A stretch of DNA of 62,908 nt, counting the filler, from Olpidium bornovanus S191 (Eukaryota; Fungi; Olpidiomycota): NCBI GenBank assembly GCA_017911155.1. It is 30 parts of 30 records of this genome, joined end to end, with 100 filler letters (N's around TTAATTAATTAA, not from the genome) between each part and the next. Parts side by side here need not be neighbours in the genome. Positions count along the whole stretch, not along the records: positions 9,761 to 11,498 come from JAEFCI010004965.1; positions 11,599 to 13,831 come from JAEFCI010013043.1; positions 13,932 to 15,094 come from JAEFCI010011489.1; positions 15,195 to 17,649 come from JAEFCI010008279.1; positions 17,750 to 19,890 come from JAEFCI010009269.1; positions 19,991 to 21,786 come from JAEFCI010007889.1; positions 21,887 to 23,420 come from JAEFCI010006118.1; 23 more parts are not named here. One strand, given 5' to 3'. Both the position numbers and the translations under genes were made by a program. Below, in pieces: positions 11,261-23,029 of this stretch; positions within the stretch are counted from its first letter, which is position 1; each line of letters starts with the position of its first letter. Below the pieces are notes generated by a model. The model made no database searches and was not told the DNA's origin. It worked only from the letters and a program-made list of their open reading frames with translations.

Positions 11261-12498
11261 CGCAAAAAACCCCCCCTTGGCCCACCCTCTTCCCCCCCTC
11301 TTCCCGCTCTCCGCAAAAGCACCCGAACGCCGCCGCTTTGCCCCTGCGAGGGTTTGCGAGAGGAAGAGAGAGGGAGGGAGGGAAGGAGGGAGGGAGAGAG
11401 AGCGAGGGAGGGAGGGAGGGAGGGAAGTAGAGAGAAAGAATATGCTTCTCGACGCCGCGCGCGGCGCCGCCGCCCGCCGCGGCCCTGCCCGCTGGGACNN
11501 NNNNNNNNNNNNNNNNNNNNNNNNNNNNNNNNNNNNNNNNNNTTAATTAATTAANNNNNNNNNNNNNNNNNNNNNNNNNNNNNNNNNNNNNNNNNNNNCA
11601 TGCTGTAGTTACTGTTTAGCAGTAGGGTATAACAATATAAAAAAATCAATATAAATAATCCGTCGCTTGGAAGTCCACGCGATGTTTCAAAATCACGTCG
11701 CATCAGCCAAATGTGGTGAGGTTCGATGGGTAAGTACTCGGTGAGTTTGAAAGGTTTTCCAAATCCGCTTGCAGGAAATTGAAGATCATGTCCAAAAGCA
11801 TCTTTTCTAGCAAAGAAAATCAGGGTGGAGTTCACTGGTGCATGTGTGTTAGTTGCCAAAGTTTGATGAAAAAAAAAAAAATGCGGTTTAAAGACGTCGG
11901 CACCATATTCGGAGAAGGGGGGGGAGGGGGGGCGGCGGCGGCGGCGGCGGCGGCGGCGCGGGGTCGTCGGCCGAAGCAAATAAGGACGAGAGGACGGCGG
12001 CGCTCTCTACTTATTCGTCCTCGTGGTTGCTGTCGGCGTCTCGTCCTCCCTCTCTCTCTCACAGAGAGCCGTCTTCCTGTCGCTGGGGGCCCAGAGAGAG
12101 ACGAGAGAGCAGAAGCGGGAGACGGGAGATAAGACGAGGAGGAGGACGAGGCGGCGGACGGCGAAGAGGAGGACGACGGCGACAACGACGTGGAGGACGA
12201 CGAAGAAGACGCGGGGGAAGAGGACGAGGAGGGTGGCGCGGTGCACGCGGCGGACGACGAACGAGGAGATCCGGCGCGGGCGGATTTCGCGGGGGTCCCC
12301 GGAGCCGCGCTGCACGTGACCCGCGAGCCGAAACGCACAAGAATGCGCCCTTTCGTCACAGCCACACACAACGCCGGCGCCGCAGTCCCTTTCCTTTTCC
12401 CCCCACCGCCCTGGCCCCCACTGCTCGCGTCAAAACCCCGTTGCAATTTGAAAAGGAAACCTGTTGCTCGGCTCGCCGCTGCGAAACTCCCCGGCGCC

Positions 12499-13491
12499 AT
12501 GTACAGGCAGCCGCCAGACTATGTCTCCGCCGCACAGCCTCCGCCGCCGCCGCCGCTCGGCGAGGGCGGGGTGGCCGGCGGCAGTTCCGAGACCCGCAAG
12601 TTCAACCCGTCGACGCCCGAGGGCGCCAGCCTGCTGCCGGGGGGTTCGGGGCGGGCGGCGCTCGGCGACGCCGCCTTTGCACGGCAGGGCGGGCCAGTTC
12701 CTTATTTCCGGTCCTCCGACAGCTACCCGGACGACTTTGGTTTTGGCGTAGACGGTGGGCCCGTTTGCCGGCTTGTCCCTCCCCTTCCTCAATTTCCGCC
12801 TGCTCTAGCCGTGACTGATTTTGACCACGCGCCCCGTTTTCGAAACTTTCCGCATATGCGCCCCTCCACCCTCCTCCCTGCCTCCCAGTGAAAAGCTCAA
12901 GCGTGCCCGTGCAGATGGCTTTTGTTCGAAAAGTCTACTCCATCGTCTGCCTACAGCTGTTCGCCAGCGCGCTCACGGGCGCCTTAATGATGTCGAGCAC
13001 GAGTTTCCAAGTCTGGGCTTGGAACAACCCGTGGGCGCTCATTCTGTCTATGATCATGACCTTCGTTTCTCTGGGCCTGCTGTTTTGGAAGCGCCACTCC
13101 GTGCCGGCCAATTACGCGCTGCTCGCCATGTTTACTTTCTTCGAGAGTTACATGATCGGGAACACCGTTGCCTTCTTCGACAGCAGGCTGGTACTCCAGG
13201 TGGGCCTGCAGGATAACGGCATTGCTGGGAGCGGGGCTGGGGTTGTCGGTCCCCTTCCTGCTTTCGAGTTACGGCGTGTCTAAGGTTTTTTTTTCGTGCT
13301 TTCGCCCCCTCGAGGCCGTAATCATTACCACCGGGACCGTAGTGGCCTTGACGCTCTTCACCTTCCAGACAAAATGGGATTTTAGCGGGATGGGCCCATG
13401 GTATGTGCTTATTTTGCCCTGATTGGCGCTTTTGGGTTGACGCCGGTGACCTATTTGACGGAACGTTGTCCCGGCGAGTTCTGCAAGGATT

Positions 13492-13526
<35 letters not shown>

Positions 13527-13831
13527 ATATTCACTAACGCCTTTCCTGCTCACTGCTCGTCGCCACCGGAGAATTTTCAGGCTTGTGGGCGCCCTTTTCA
13601 TCCTTATCTTAGTGTCAGTGCTCCAGATTTTTCTCCCATTTAGCCGGACGCTCGATCTATTCATTGCCATCTGTACAGCACGTAAGGCATCTCATGCCGC
13701 TTCCCGCCTCCATGCGCAGCGTTCCCGTAACCCGGACTGTTGGTGGTGGTTTTGCTGACCGATTACTCCGGTACTCGTCGCCTCGGGTCGTGCGCAGTTG
13801 TGTTCATAGGATTCATTCTGTACGACACGCA
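12499..13831 (+). CDS. BXI1: Bax inhibitor-1 / TMBIM family membrane protein (3' truncated)
   Basis: YPDDFGFGV, MAFVRKVYSIVCLQL, KRHSVPANYALLAMFTFFESY and LTLFTFQTKWDFSGMGPW. Confidence 0.9.
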
Positions 13832-16800
13832 NNNNNNNNNNNNNNNNNNNNNNNNNNNNNNNNNNNNNNNNNNNNTTAATTAATTAANNNNNNNNNNNNN
13901 NNNNNNNNNNNNNNNNNNNNNNNNNNNNNNNCATGTTCTCTTTCAGCCTCCCGTTAACCCGTTTTGCTTAAGAACTGTTACTTCCTGTTTCCGAACATTG
14001 TTTTTCGTTGTCCCTTTTCCCGTCTGTACCGCACTCCGACCTCCCTGACCTTTTCCGATATTTTTGTTTTTCTCTCTTCTTTCCCCTTTCACCACCGTTC
14101 GCCGCTTGAGGGGGGGTGTCGCTAGTATTTCCGAGCGCCTGTACCCGTAGTCCGAACCCGTAGTCCGTTGTCCGTAGTCCGTGCTTCCTGGGCAGCAGCG
14201 CTTTTCTCCTACTTTTTGTTTTGCCCAGCTGCACGGTTTGCCGTCAACATCACGTTCGGGACGCAAAAACTTCTGGAGGGGGCCAACGGTGGCCCCACCC
14301 CACGCCCCACCTACTCCAACTTGCTTTGGATGCCAGAATTTCAGCCGAGCTACGACGAAACGGTTGCCTCCAAACCGCCGGCCGGCGGTGGCCCTCGGGA
14401 TCCTGAGCTGATCTCGGCATGGACAACAAAAAAAAAAAAAAAATGGAAAAACCTGCTTTGATTCGACGCGTGCGGTGTGTGATACAGCCGTGTTTCTCGG
14501 CCCTGGCGCGGTTCAACCCCTGGGCGCCCCGCGCTTCGCTCCACGGCGCTCACGTCAAAAAAAAAAAAAAAAAAGTAAACAAAAAAAGAAAGGCAGGGGT
14601 TGAAATTCGAGAGGCTATGCGGTATTTCCACGCCTTATCCGGAGTTGGACAGGTGACTTCCACCCCGGGTCAACCGACGCAACGGTTATGCACGTGAGCC
14701 TCAGGTGCTTTTTGAAAATCGCACGACATGCGCAGAAGCGTTGGAAGAAACGATGCTGGATTGCTGATGCGGAGTAACCCAAAAACATGGTTAATGTCAG
14801 CAGGTTTTTTTCTCGTACGTTGGTACGGACCGCTAATGGCGCGGGGGCCGCACTTTTTCCGCCGAAAGCCCCCCAGGACGTGTCCACCGTTCGAAAGTTT
14901 GCTGCCGCCCGAAGCCCATTCTGGCCGCGAAAAGGTTCTCACGCCTTTACGTTATGCGCACTTGCCTTGTAACCATGCACAAAGGCAAAAAAGCAAGTCG
15001 ATGTAAGCTGTACAATGCCAAAGCACCAACGGTCCAATATGGACGCGTCGCCAGTACTTCGTTGTGCGGCAGACCGGCAGCAGAGAAAATAGGANNNNNN
15101 NNNNNNNNNNNNNNNNNNNNNNNNNNNNNNNNNNNNNNTTAATTAATTAANNNNNNNNNNNNNNNNNNNNNNNNNNNNNNNNNNNNNNNNNNNNCATGAC
15201 TCTCGAGTTCATTCGCCGGCGTTGCAAAAAGGACGGCTGGTGCGACTGCATCGAATCTGTCGTTCGCCATTTGACGTCTGTGGGAGGAAAGCCACTCGAA
15301 AAGCTTCGTCCGTCGAAACGTTCTGAATTTCTCAAGAATGTCGAGAATTGCGCGCATTACCATTTGATATCATTTTGCAATCCGGAATGGAAAGTTCATT
15401 TACATTATGATGACGTGACGGTATCCGCGGAGAATTGCTGGAGGGGTCACATTCAAAATACTTCTCCAATTATCATCACTGGGAAGATTCCGACCACCGA
15501 TGTTGATGACGCCTCCCAAAGCCCACCCCTGCCCGCGTCAGCTCCAAAAACGCCAACCTCAAGGTCACCCCTAACAGCTACAGCGACGATTGTGGAAGTA
15601 TGTGCATCTCTTTGTGTTGTACCATTATATGAACAAGTTATCGTCGCCAGTGCTTCCAGATGACATCCCTTTTCTTCCCCCGACGCCGGTGCGCCACGGC
15701 ACGTGCGCACAGAAGGGGGGGGGGGGCGTTCATTTCGGGTTACAAAGGGGCGAAACGTAGTCTGAAACAAAGACGGGGGGGTTTCAGGGCACCGCGCCCT
15801 TAAGAGATTTTACCCCTGAACGCTATCTATAAACGAGGGTAGAACGCCTGAATAGAACAGAGCTTCATCTGCCTATATCCGAAAATTCACCGGCGGGCAT
15901 TCCGCCCAACTCGAGCCGCCCGGCTCGACCGCCATGACGCCCCGCCGTTTTGTGAGGGGGTTCGCTGGGCGGGGCCGAGCAGGGAGTCTCTCGGGATCGA
16001 CAACACGCCCCCGTCCTTTCGCCGGGGAGCTTTCCGAGCGCGGTCGACGGCGCGGCGCAGCGCGCCCGCGCGCGCCGCCGCTCTCTCTCTCTCTCTCTCT
16101 CCCCCGCGGGGCAGGCTTGGCGGGAGAGACCGCAGGCTTGTGGGGTCGCGACGCGGTTCCGAGCGCGGCAACGGCCTCGCACTGAACCCCGCGCGCGCGG
16201 CGACCGATCTATTGCCGACACCGTCTAGCGACTTCAATCTGCACCAGGCGCGGTGGGTTGACCTCAGTGAAGCTTTTCTAGGACAAGTCAAGGACAACTG
16301 CAATGACTTTTCCACACTTTCCCGGCCAAAGCCCATCAGTTTTGCGGCGGTTGTGTACTTCTGACAACGAAAAGACTCTTCTGTGTGGAGAGACGGCGCA
16401 GCGCCGCGGATCAGCCTGAGCGTGTCGAAAACTGTCTCCCGCAATGGCGCAATGCGACCGACAGCCCGACAGTGAAGTGACGACCGCCGAAACTCGAGGG
16501 CCGACCTGGGCAGGTCTTCAAACTGCACCGTGTGGCCACCGCAATTGCCTGGCAGGCGAGCACCGCAGGTGGGTCATACCTTCCCGCAGGTGGGCCATAG
16601 CTAACATTCTTCGTATTCTTGAAGGCTGCATTGCCTTCAGCTCGCAATCTCGAAAGGGTGCTATGGTAGACGAGGCAGTGTCCGCTTGCTGCTTTCACGG
16701 CAGACAAAGCTAGCTACCCTCTGCCGATTCCTCCGAAGCGCCAAGGACAGACGAATGGTCAAGTCTGTGTGAGTCGGATGAAACCGGATGTGTGATGTGG

Positions 16801-17370
16801 TTCTCCCCGTCCACAGAAGAAGCCGCGAAACGATCTTGTTCGGTGCCCGCACGCGCATCCTGCCTTGCCGGTAAAGGTACACGGTTGCCGTGATGTTGTC
16901 CGCTCTGACCAAAGATTTGTTTTCGTCAAAGGGGTTGCCATAATATATTTTTTTCTTGTGGGGGGTGGGGAGACTTTAATTTTTACTTTTTTCTTGTGGG
17001 GGGTGGGGAGACCAACCTTCTTGATTGTGTTTGTTAATTTTCCTTCGGGCGATTTCGCTGGGATCACAGGGCCCGCAAAATGGTGCTGTGGTTACGCACG
17101 CGGGAGCAAATGGGAAGGAGACGGGAGTGAGAAACGAGACAATGGTGGTTTGGTGCATTTTTCCCCCTTACACCGGCACGGTGACCTGCCCCCGAGGAAA
17201 AGAGCATTGATACAGGTGATAATGTTTTCACGATATTATCTGTACGTGCTCTGCCACGAGTTCACCTCCATTATATATGGGTTCTGAGCGTTCCGCGCTA
17301 TATGACGGACCACTCGCTGAGCGCGGCAGACCGATGGCACAGAGGCTGCTCCTGGAGAGGTTTCATTTAG

Positions 17371-17649
17371 CTATTCCTGATCAAGCAGGTGAGCATAGTC
17401 CTCGGCACTAGCGAACATCGGCAAGGCGATCCGCCGCTTCTTCTTCGGCCGCCCTCTTTCCTCTTCTTCCTCCTCCTCCGCTCCTTTCCGTCTAGATAGG
17501 CGCACTTCGTCCTCCGGAACGAGGTCGGCCTCGTCTTCCATGCCGAACTCATCGAAGTCGCCTTCCTCAAGTTCGCCGCTGTCGCTCTCGTCTTCCTCTC
17601 CCTCTCCGCCCTCATCGTCATCACTGTCACGCTCATCTTCCTCCCTCTC
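17371..17649 (-). CDS. MAK21: Ribosome biogenesis factor Mak21/Noc1 (CEBPZ), C-terminal end
   Basis: Frame not in the ORF track. An acidic tract is followed by KKKRRIALPMFASAEDYAHLLDQE*, matching the family's terminal LPxFASAEDYAHLL motif. Confidence 0.8.
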   Translation of the reverse strand, partial: EREEDERDSDDDEGGEGEEDESDSGELEEGDFDEFGMEDEADLVPEDEVRLSRRKGAEEEEEEERGRPKKKRRIALPMFASAEDYAHLLDQE

Positions 17650-17749
17650 NNNNNNNNNNNNNNNNNNNNNNNNNNNNNNNNNNNNNNNNNNNNTTAATTA
17701 ATTAANNNNNNNNNNNNNNNNNNNNNNNNNNNNNNNNNNNNNNNNNNNN

Positions 17750-17780
<31 letters not shown>

Positions 17781-18337
17781 GCGGCCGCCGGAAAGAAGGC
17801 GGCGGGGTGTTGGAAGGTGGCGTTGCGGCGGGTCTGCCCAGCTGTGCTCTGTGAAGGGCGCATTGTGTGTAGCGTTGCGGATTGTTGGCAAACCCCTCCC
17901 CGACTTCCCTGGCTTTTCCCAAATTTTCAGCTTAAAGGGCCAGAAACCAGGGATACGCCGGATTGGGACCACCCCCGCGAAAAGCACCAGGACCGCATCC
18001 TGGACAGAACCCCCCCACCCCACCCTCCTTTTCCCCCTTTGAATGGCGGGGACGGCTGGACAGAATAGGCCAAGCCCGAAAATTGATCAATGAAAATCAG
18101 AACGAAGCGTCAGAGAGGCTCTTTCTACTTTTAAGCGTAACCTCTCGGTTATTTTTTGCTCGGGAAGTCCCACCTAGAAAACTACGGAAATTACCAGGGT
18201 TTAACCCTGGCAGTTTACGACTTCTGACTCTGGTCTGCGTCCAAGATCTGGATCTGAAGAGTTCTCTCCATACACTAAAAACACGCTATGACGACGCGCT
18301 CTGTATACGCGTGACGTGGCACCAACGCCCGGGCGCG

Positions 18338-18463
18338 TGTCCGATAGCAATCATATAGTCGCATTCCTCTCTCCTCTTTTCTCCCCTTCCTCCCTCCGAG
18401 CTCTCCCGTTATTACGTACGCCGAACAATAAAGACTTGTCCAAACTGAGAGGGTTATGAGCCC
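18338..18463 (+). mobile_element. Probable short 5' LTR (about 18338-18450) plus half-tRNAiMet PBS
   Basis: CT-rich stretch, AATAAA at 18427, then GGTTATGAGCCC at 18452-18463. The LTR ends GA rather than CA, and its start is inferred. Confidence 0.65.
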
Positions 18464-18489
18464 AACGGACGCCCGTCCGTGACTCCCGG

Positions 18490-18790
18490 CGCAGCGAGGA
18501 CAACCGCGCGCGCACAGCAGCGGAGAAGGAAGACCGTCGCGCGCGCCGCAGCGGAGAAGGACGACCGCGCGCGCCGCAGCAACCCACCGTCGCGCGCGCC
18601 GCAGCGGAGGGGGACGATCGCGCGCGCCGCAGCAGAGGAGAAGAAAGACAGTCGCGCGTGCCGCAGCGGAGGGGGACGACCGCGCGCGCCACAGCAGCGG
18701 AGAAGGAAGACCGGCGCGCGCGCCGCGGCGGAGAAGGACGCGGTCACAGCAGCTGAGAAGGAAGACCGGCGCGCGCGCCGCAGCGGAGCA
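18490..18790 (+). repeat. GC-rich tandem array in retroelement leader (core CGCGCGCGCCGCAGCGGAG, about 9-10 copies)
   Basis: Directly visible, starting about 30 nt after the PBS. Confidence 0.9.
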
Positions 18791-19249
18791 GGATGGAAAA
18801 GTGACAACGACGAACCGTACGCTCTCGCGAGACACCGCCGTCAGAAACATTGTACGGCGAGCTCCCTGCGCTCCCACGCGCCGCCGCGAGCTGCCGCCGT
18901 TGCGAGAGCCGAAAACCCACCGTTTTTTTATTTAAGGTTTAACCTAAACTTTAAACTCTGGTATGTATTGCTTGGGAGGGCCCACCCCGGACACCGTGAA
19001 AATACCAGGAAATGGCTGATTGCGTTCGGATGTTCCAGTAGTTAGGCTGCCTGTCAGCTCTTGGTATCATCCGCGCTCGGCCGCTGTCGCAGTGCCGTAC
19101 ACAGCAACAGTGTTGGGATTGCACCCTGACCGAGTGGGGGGAGTGGATCAGGATGGCAATTTGCGCGCTGGAATTTCTCCAAGACTGCTTCAGTGTAATG
19201 TTGTTGAAAAAAAAAGATGTCTTGCGAGGTTTGGATAGTCTTGACGCCA

Positions 19250-19740
19250 GGATGTGCTTGAGTTCCCGGCTGTCTGTGAGTGAGAACTTGCGATGGAGTT
19301 TACGAACTACATGATCGAGAATGGCGGAAGCTGGACCGGTAAGTACAATATCATTGTCCGATGTAGATAAAAGAATGGTGATTGTGTCAAAATGTTGGAG
19401 ATTGGCAAATTCAAATTCAAATTTGGCAAATTCATCGGCAATGTGATCAGTGGGATCGGCGCGTTTGTCATGCGCCGCAACCCCCTCTTGCGCCGATGTG
19501 CGGGGATCATGACAAAGAATGTATAGGAAAAGTTTGGAGCGGACGGGAAGAAATCTAAGCAAGCTGAATACACGATCCAAATCGAGATTCCAAGCGCAGG
19601 CAGATTGGCAGAGTTCATACAGCGCTTTGCGCAGGAGGTAGACCTTGGTTGGATCGGGAGATTCATGGTAGCCCTCAATCTGTTCGAGATAAACAGGTCT
19701 ATCAAGCGGTGAATTGATGTAAGCCACGGTAAAACTGAGA
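19250..19740 (-). pseudogene. Degenerate Ty1/Copia reverse transcriptase
   Basis: AYINSPLDRPVYLEQIEGY...VYLLRKALYELCQSACAW...ILLSTSDNDIVLTG...KFSLTD. RVT_2-like with the YVDD motif destroyed. Confidence 0.85.
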
Positions 19741-19990
19741 CAGCGACGAGGCCAGCGGAATTACAATCACCATGATAAGTTGCAGAGCGAGGAAGGAAAA
19801 GACTGGACTGTAAGTTTCTGTCACGGCTGCGCCGTCAAACTTTTTCTTGCGAACCGTCAAACCTTTCCATCACGTGGCGTCATTGTTGTGNNNNNNNNNN
19901 NNNNNNNNNNNNNNNNNNNNNNNNNNNNNNNNNNTTAATTAATTAANNNNNNNNNNNNNNNNNNNNNNNNNNNNNNNNNNNNNNNNNNNN

Positions 19991-20999
19991 AAGCGCGTGA
20001 TGAACGCACTGCGCACCTTTTCTTGAAGGCGAAGGAAGGCTCCTCCTTGCGGGAGGCGGTCGAACTAACTTGACGGCAAGGAAATTCCCGTCCAACTGAC
20101 CGCCGTCCATGTGGAGCATACCCTTTTCAGCGTCGGCACCCGCCTCGAACTCGACTATGGCGCTACCGCGATGATTTCCGACTAGGATTTGCAGTGTGGC
20201 ACACGAAATTTTAGAGCACAGGCGGGACACACACAAAAACCTTTGCGGGGGAGCACAAAAGCAAACAGACGAGGGCGTGGCAAAGCAAAAGCACAAGGTA
20301 CCCTTATGGTTGTAGTCCATCGCCACGTTCGTGACTTTTCCGAACTTGCTAAAAATTTCCTCCACGTGCGCTGCGGTCACGTTCTTGGTGAGGCCATTAA
20401 CGGAGATTTTGCGGATGGGAGGTGGGGGCGAGGGCGATCGCCTTCCACGAAGAGGCGAAGGGCTGCGGTAGGTTCCGCGTCGGCCCCTGAAGGGAGAGCG
20501 CGACCGCGAGCGCGAAGGCGAAGTGCTGTAATGGTAAGAGCGGGAACGCGAAGGAGAACGAGACCGAGGGCTACGCGAGCTGGACGGAGGCGGCGAAGGA
20601 AAGCGGGGAAAGGGGGGGGGGGATAGAAGGACGGGGGGGGGAGGGGAGGGAGAGGGGCGTTAGCCGCAAAAGTCACAGTCGCTCCGGCGAGAACTCGCGC
20701 AATTCCGGCTGCCGGCCGTGCAGTGTTCTCCATAACAACAAACAAGAAAGGTTGAACGCAAAAGCAGGTCCCTTCCGGACCGGCTCCTCCGCGGGTCACG
20801 CGCTGATGAAGCGAGGCAGTCAGTAAACCGAGGAAAACGCTCACCGAGACGGCGAAGCTCCTGCCCTGCTCCTCGCTCGCTGACCGCCCTTTGCGCTGCC
20901 GGCGGGTGATGGCGGCGTTCGCCCACGGGAGGCGGCGCGCTTTGCTCCCCCTCCTCCCTTCGGCGGGGACGGAGAACGAGAACGTGACATTCCAGGCAT
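19991..20999 (-). CDS. RNPS1: RS-rich RRM protein, RNPS1 family (3' truncated)
   Basis: SRSRSPSP repeats, then RKISVNGLTKNVTAAHVEEIFSKFGKV...RGSAIVEFE...AEKGMLHMDGGQLDG. Confidence 0.88.
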
Positions 21000-21886
21000 C
21001 GCTTGGGCGCCTTTCCGTCGCCCGCAAGAACGGCGGACGGCGTTTGCGGCGAGCGGGATGGGAGGGGGTGGGGGGGGGGGGGGGGGGGGTAGGTCTTTTT
21101 CTCCCCTGGCCTTGACGGCGCCATATGGAACAATGATTTGCACTCAACTGCGAATTGTGTAAATGAATCAAATCATATATACCAGCGATCTGTATTTACG
21201 ACTGGCACAGCGGGGGAGTACGAGCCAGGGAGAAAACGCACAAAGACAACGACGGAGACGGCGAGGAGAATTCTTCCTTTGCGCCGGTTGTTTGCGTCAG
21301 CGACGGAGTGCGGAGCGACGTGCACAGCGGCCGTCCAAGCCAAGGCGCGGATTTGAACACGTGAACCGTTGATCAAAAGCTACAGTTTTCAGTTGTCTCT
21401 CGGATAACTCATAGCCCCGGTGCCTAATCCTATGAGGTATGTGAGGTTACGATTTACCTGAAATTTTTATTGGATTGTGATGAGCGTGGGGAGCAAGACA
21501 TCTGCAAAATTGATCAACTGACGGCCATGCAGAGGAGCAAGGCAGCATGGGACGAGGTCTCAGTGGCAACAATGTGAAACTGCTATCGTCGTAGCAACCT
21601 GCTTGAAGAGGAACCCAGCTGGCGGTCAATGACGAAGACCAAGGCGTTGAGCAAGAGCGGTGGATGTCATGCTGAGGTTCCGTCAGAGCAACCCAGTGGA
21701 CGTTGCCAAACCTGCTAAATCCAGCGTGTCGTAGTGTAGTCACGTGATCGCTATAAAACACGTATCTGACGCAAAAAGAGAAACACNNNNNNNNNNNNNN
21801 NNNNNNNNNNNNNNNNNNNNNNNNNNNNNNTTAATTAATTAANNNNNNNNNNNNNNNNNNNNNNNNNNNNNNNNNNNNNNNNNNNN

Positions 21887-22846
21887 ATACGTCGTTACTT
21901 TCATTGAACAGCGTAGCCGTTACGCTAAATCTTTTGCAATTCCCACGAAGGATAGCAACACAGCCCTACAGAAATTCCGAGCAACTCGGAATCTACTCCA
22001 AAATGTTCGGGCCACACTCTCAAGATACACCGCGCTGACAGGGGTGGAGAACACTGCTCTGGCTGCTACGACACGGAACTCGTCGACTCCGGCATCGTCC
22101 GCCAACAAACAATTTGCGACACACCGGAGCAGAACAGAGTCGCCGAACGTCTTAACCGCACGTTGGAAGAACGCGTCCGGGCAACTCTCGTTGCCACTAG
22201 ACTTCCTTCCAGACTTTGGGCCGAAATCTGGTTGGCTACCGTCAAGATCTACAACCACTCTCCTCATTCTGGAATCAACTTTAAGCTCCCCATCGTGGAG
22301 ATTGATCCAGCACATCACAGTCATCCAGATGTGTCTCGTTTCCGCATCCTCGGCAGCACCTGCTACTCACATTTACCACGGGATCAGCGCAAGACCAAAT
22401 TGTCCCCTGCAGGTGAGAAACTCATTCTTGTTGGTTACTCTGACACTTCTAAGGGGTACAAACTTTGGAACCCAGTCACCGATGAGATTCTCGAGCGCTA
22501 CAATGTGACTGTCGACGAATCCCATCAATATGACCCCGCTGACTGGCCAACTTCTCCAGTGCCTGGCGACCGCTCGCCTGATCTGGCCGACCCCGACATT
22601 CCTCTTGATGCTGACAAGGATGACATCTACATTGTCGACCGTATCACCGATCACTGCTACGATCCTGTTCAAGGCTACTCCTTCTGCATTAAATGGAAAT
22701 GATACGCTCCTTCAGACAATACTTGGCAACCACATGCAAATCTTTCCTGCCCGGCCAAGCTCGAACAGTATTTCCGCCGCAAGCGTCTCCCATTTCTCCC
22801 GGAACTGCAGCATGCGACTCAGCATACAGACTCAGGCACAACCGAC
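21887..22846 (+). mobile_element. Ty1/Copia integrase (rve + SH3) with C-terminal chromodomain, one premature TGA
   Basis: One frame: HRADRGGEH...DTPEQNRVAERLNRTLEERVRA..LPSRLWAE; GSTCYSHLPRDQRKTKLSP..LILVGYSDTSKGYKLWNP; then 22622-22783 DIYIVDRITDHCYDPVQGYSFCIKWK*YAPSDNTWQPHANLSCPAKLEQYFRRK. Confidence 0.88.
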
Positions 22847-22965
22847 TGTCGTAGAATACGGTAGTTACGAGCGCATTTAAAAGGAAGAAAACCCCCGAAC
22901 GAAAACAACGCTTTTTCCCACCCGAATAAGAAAACTAGGCGCATAAAACGACAGGTTATGAGCCC
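22847..22965 (+). mobile_element. 107-bp 5' LTR (TGTCGT..ACGACA) plus half-tRNAiMet PBS of a second, nested element
   Basis: Perfect 6-bp terminal inverted repeat, followed immediately by GGTTATGAGCCC at 22954-22965. Confidence 0.9.
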
Positions 22966-23029
22966 AACGGGACGCCCCGCTCTCTCCCGTTGACCGCGCC
23001 ATCTTCCGCGCCATCCCCCGCGCACCCGC

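Noticed and set aside
12120-12290. Acidic (D/E-rich) reading frame upstream of BXI1
   Set aside because: Preceded by an in-frame TAA, with no ATG or clear splice context. Cannot be supported as coding.
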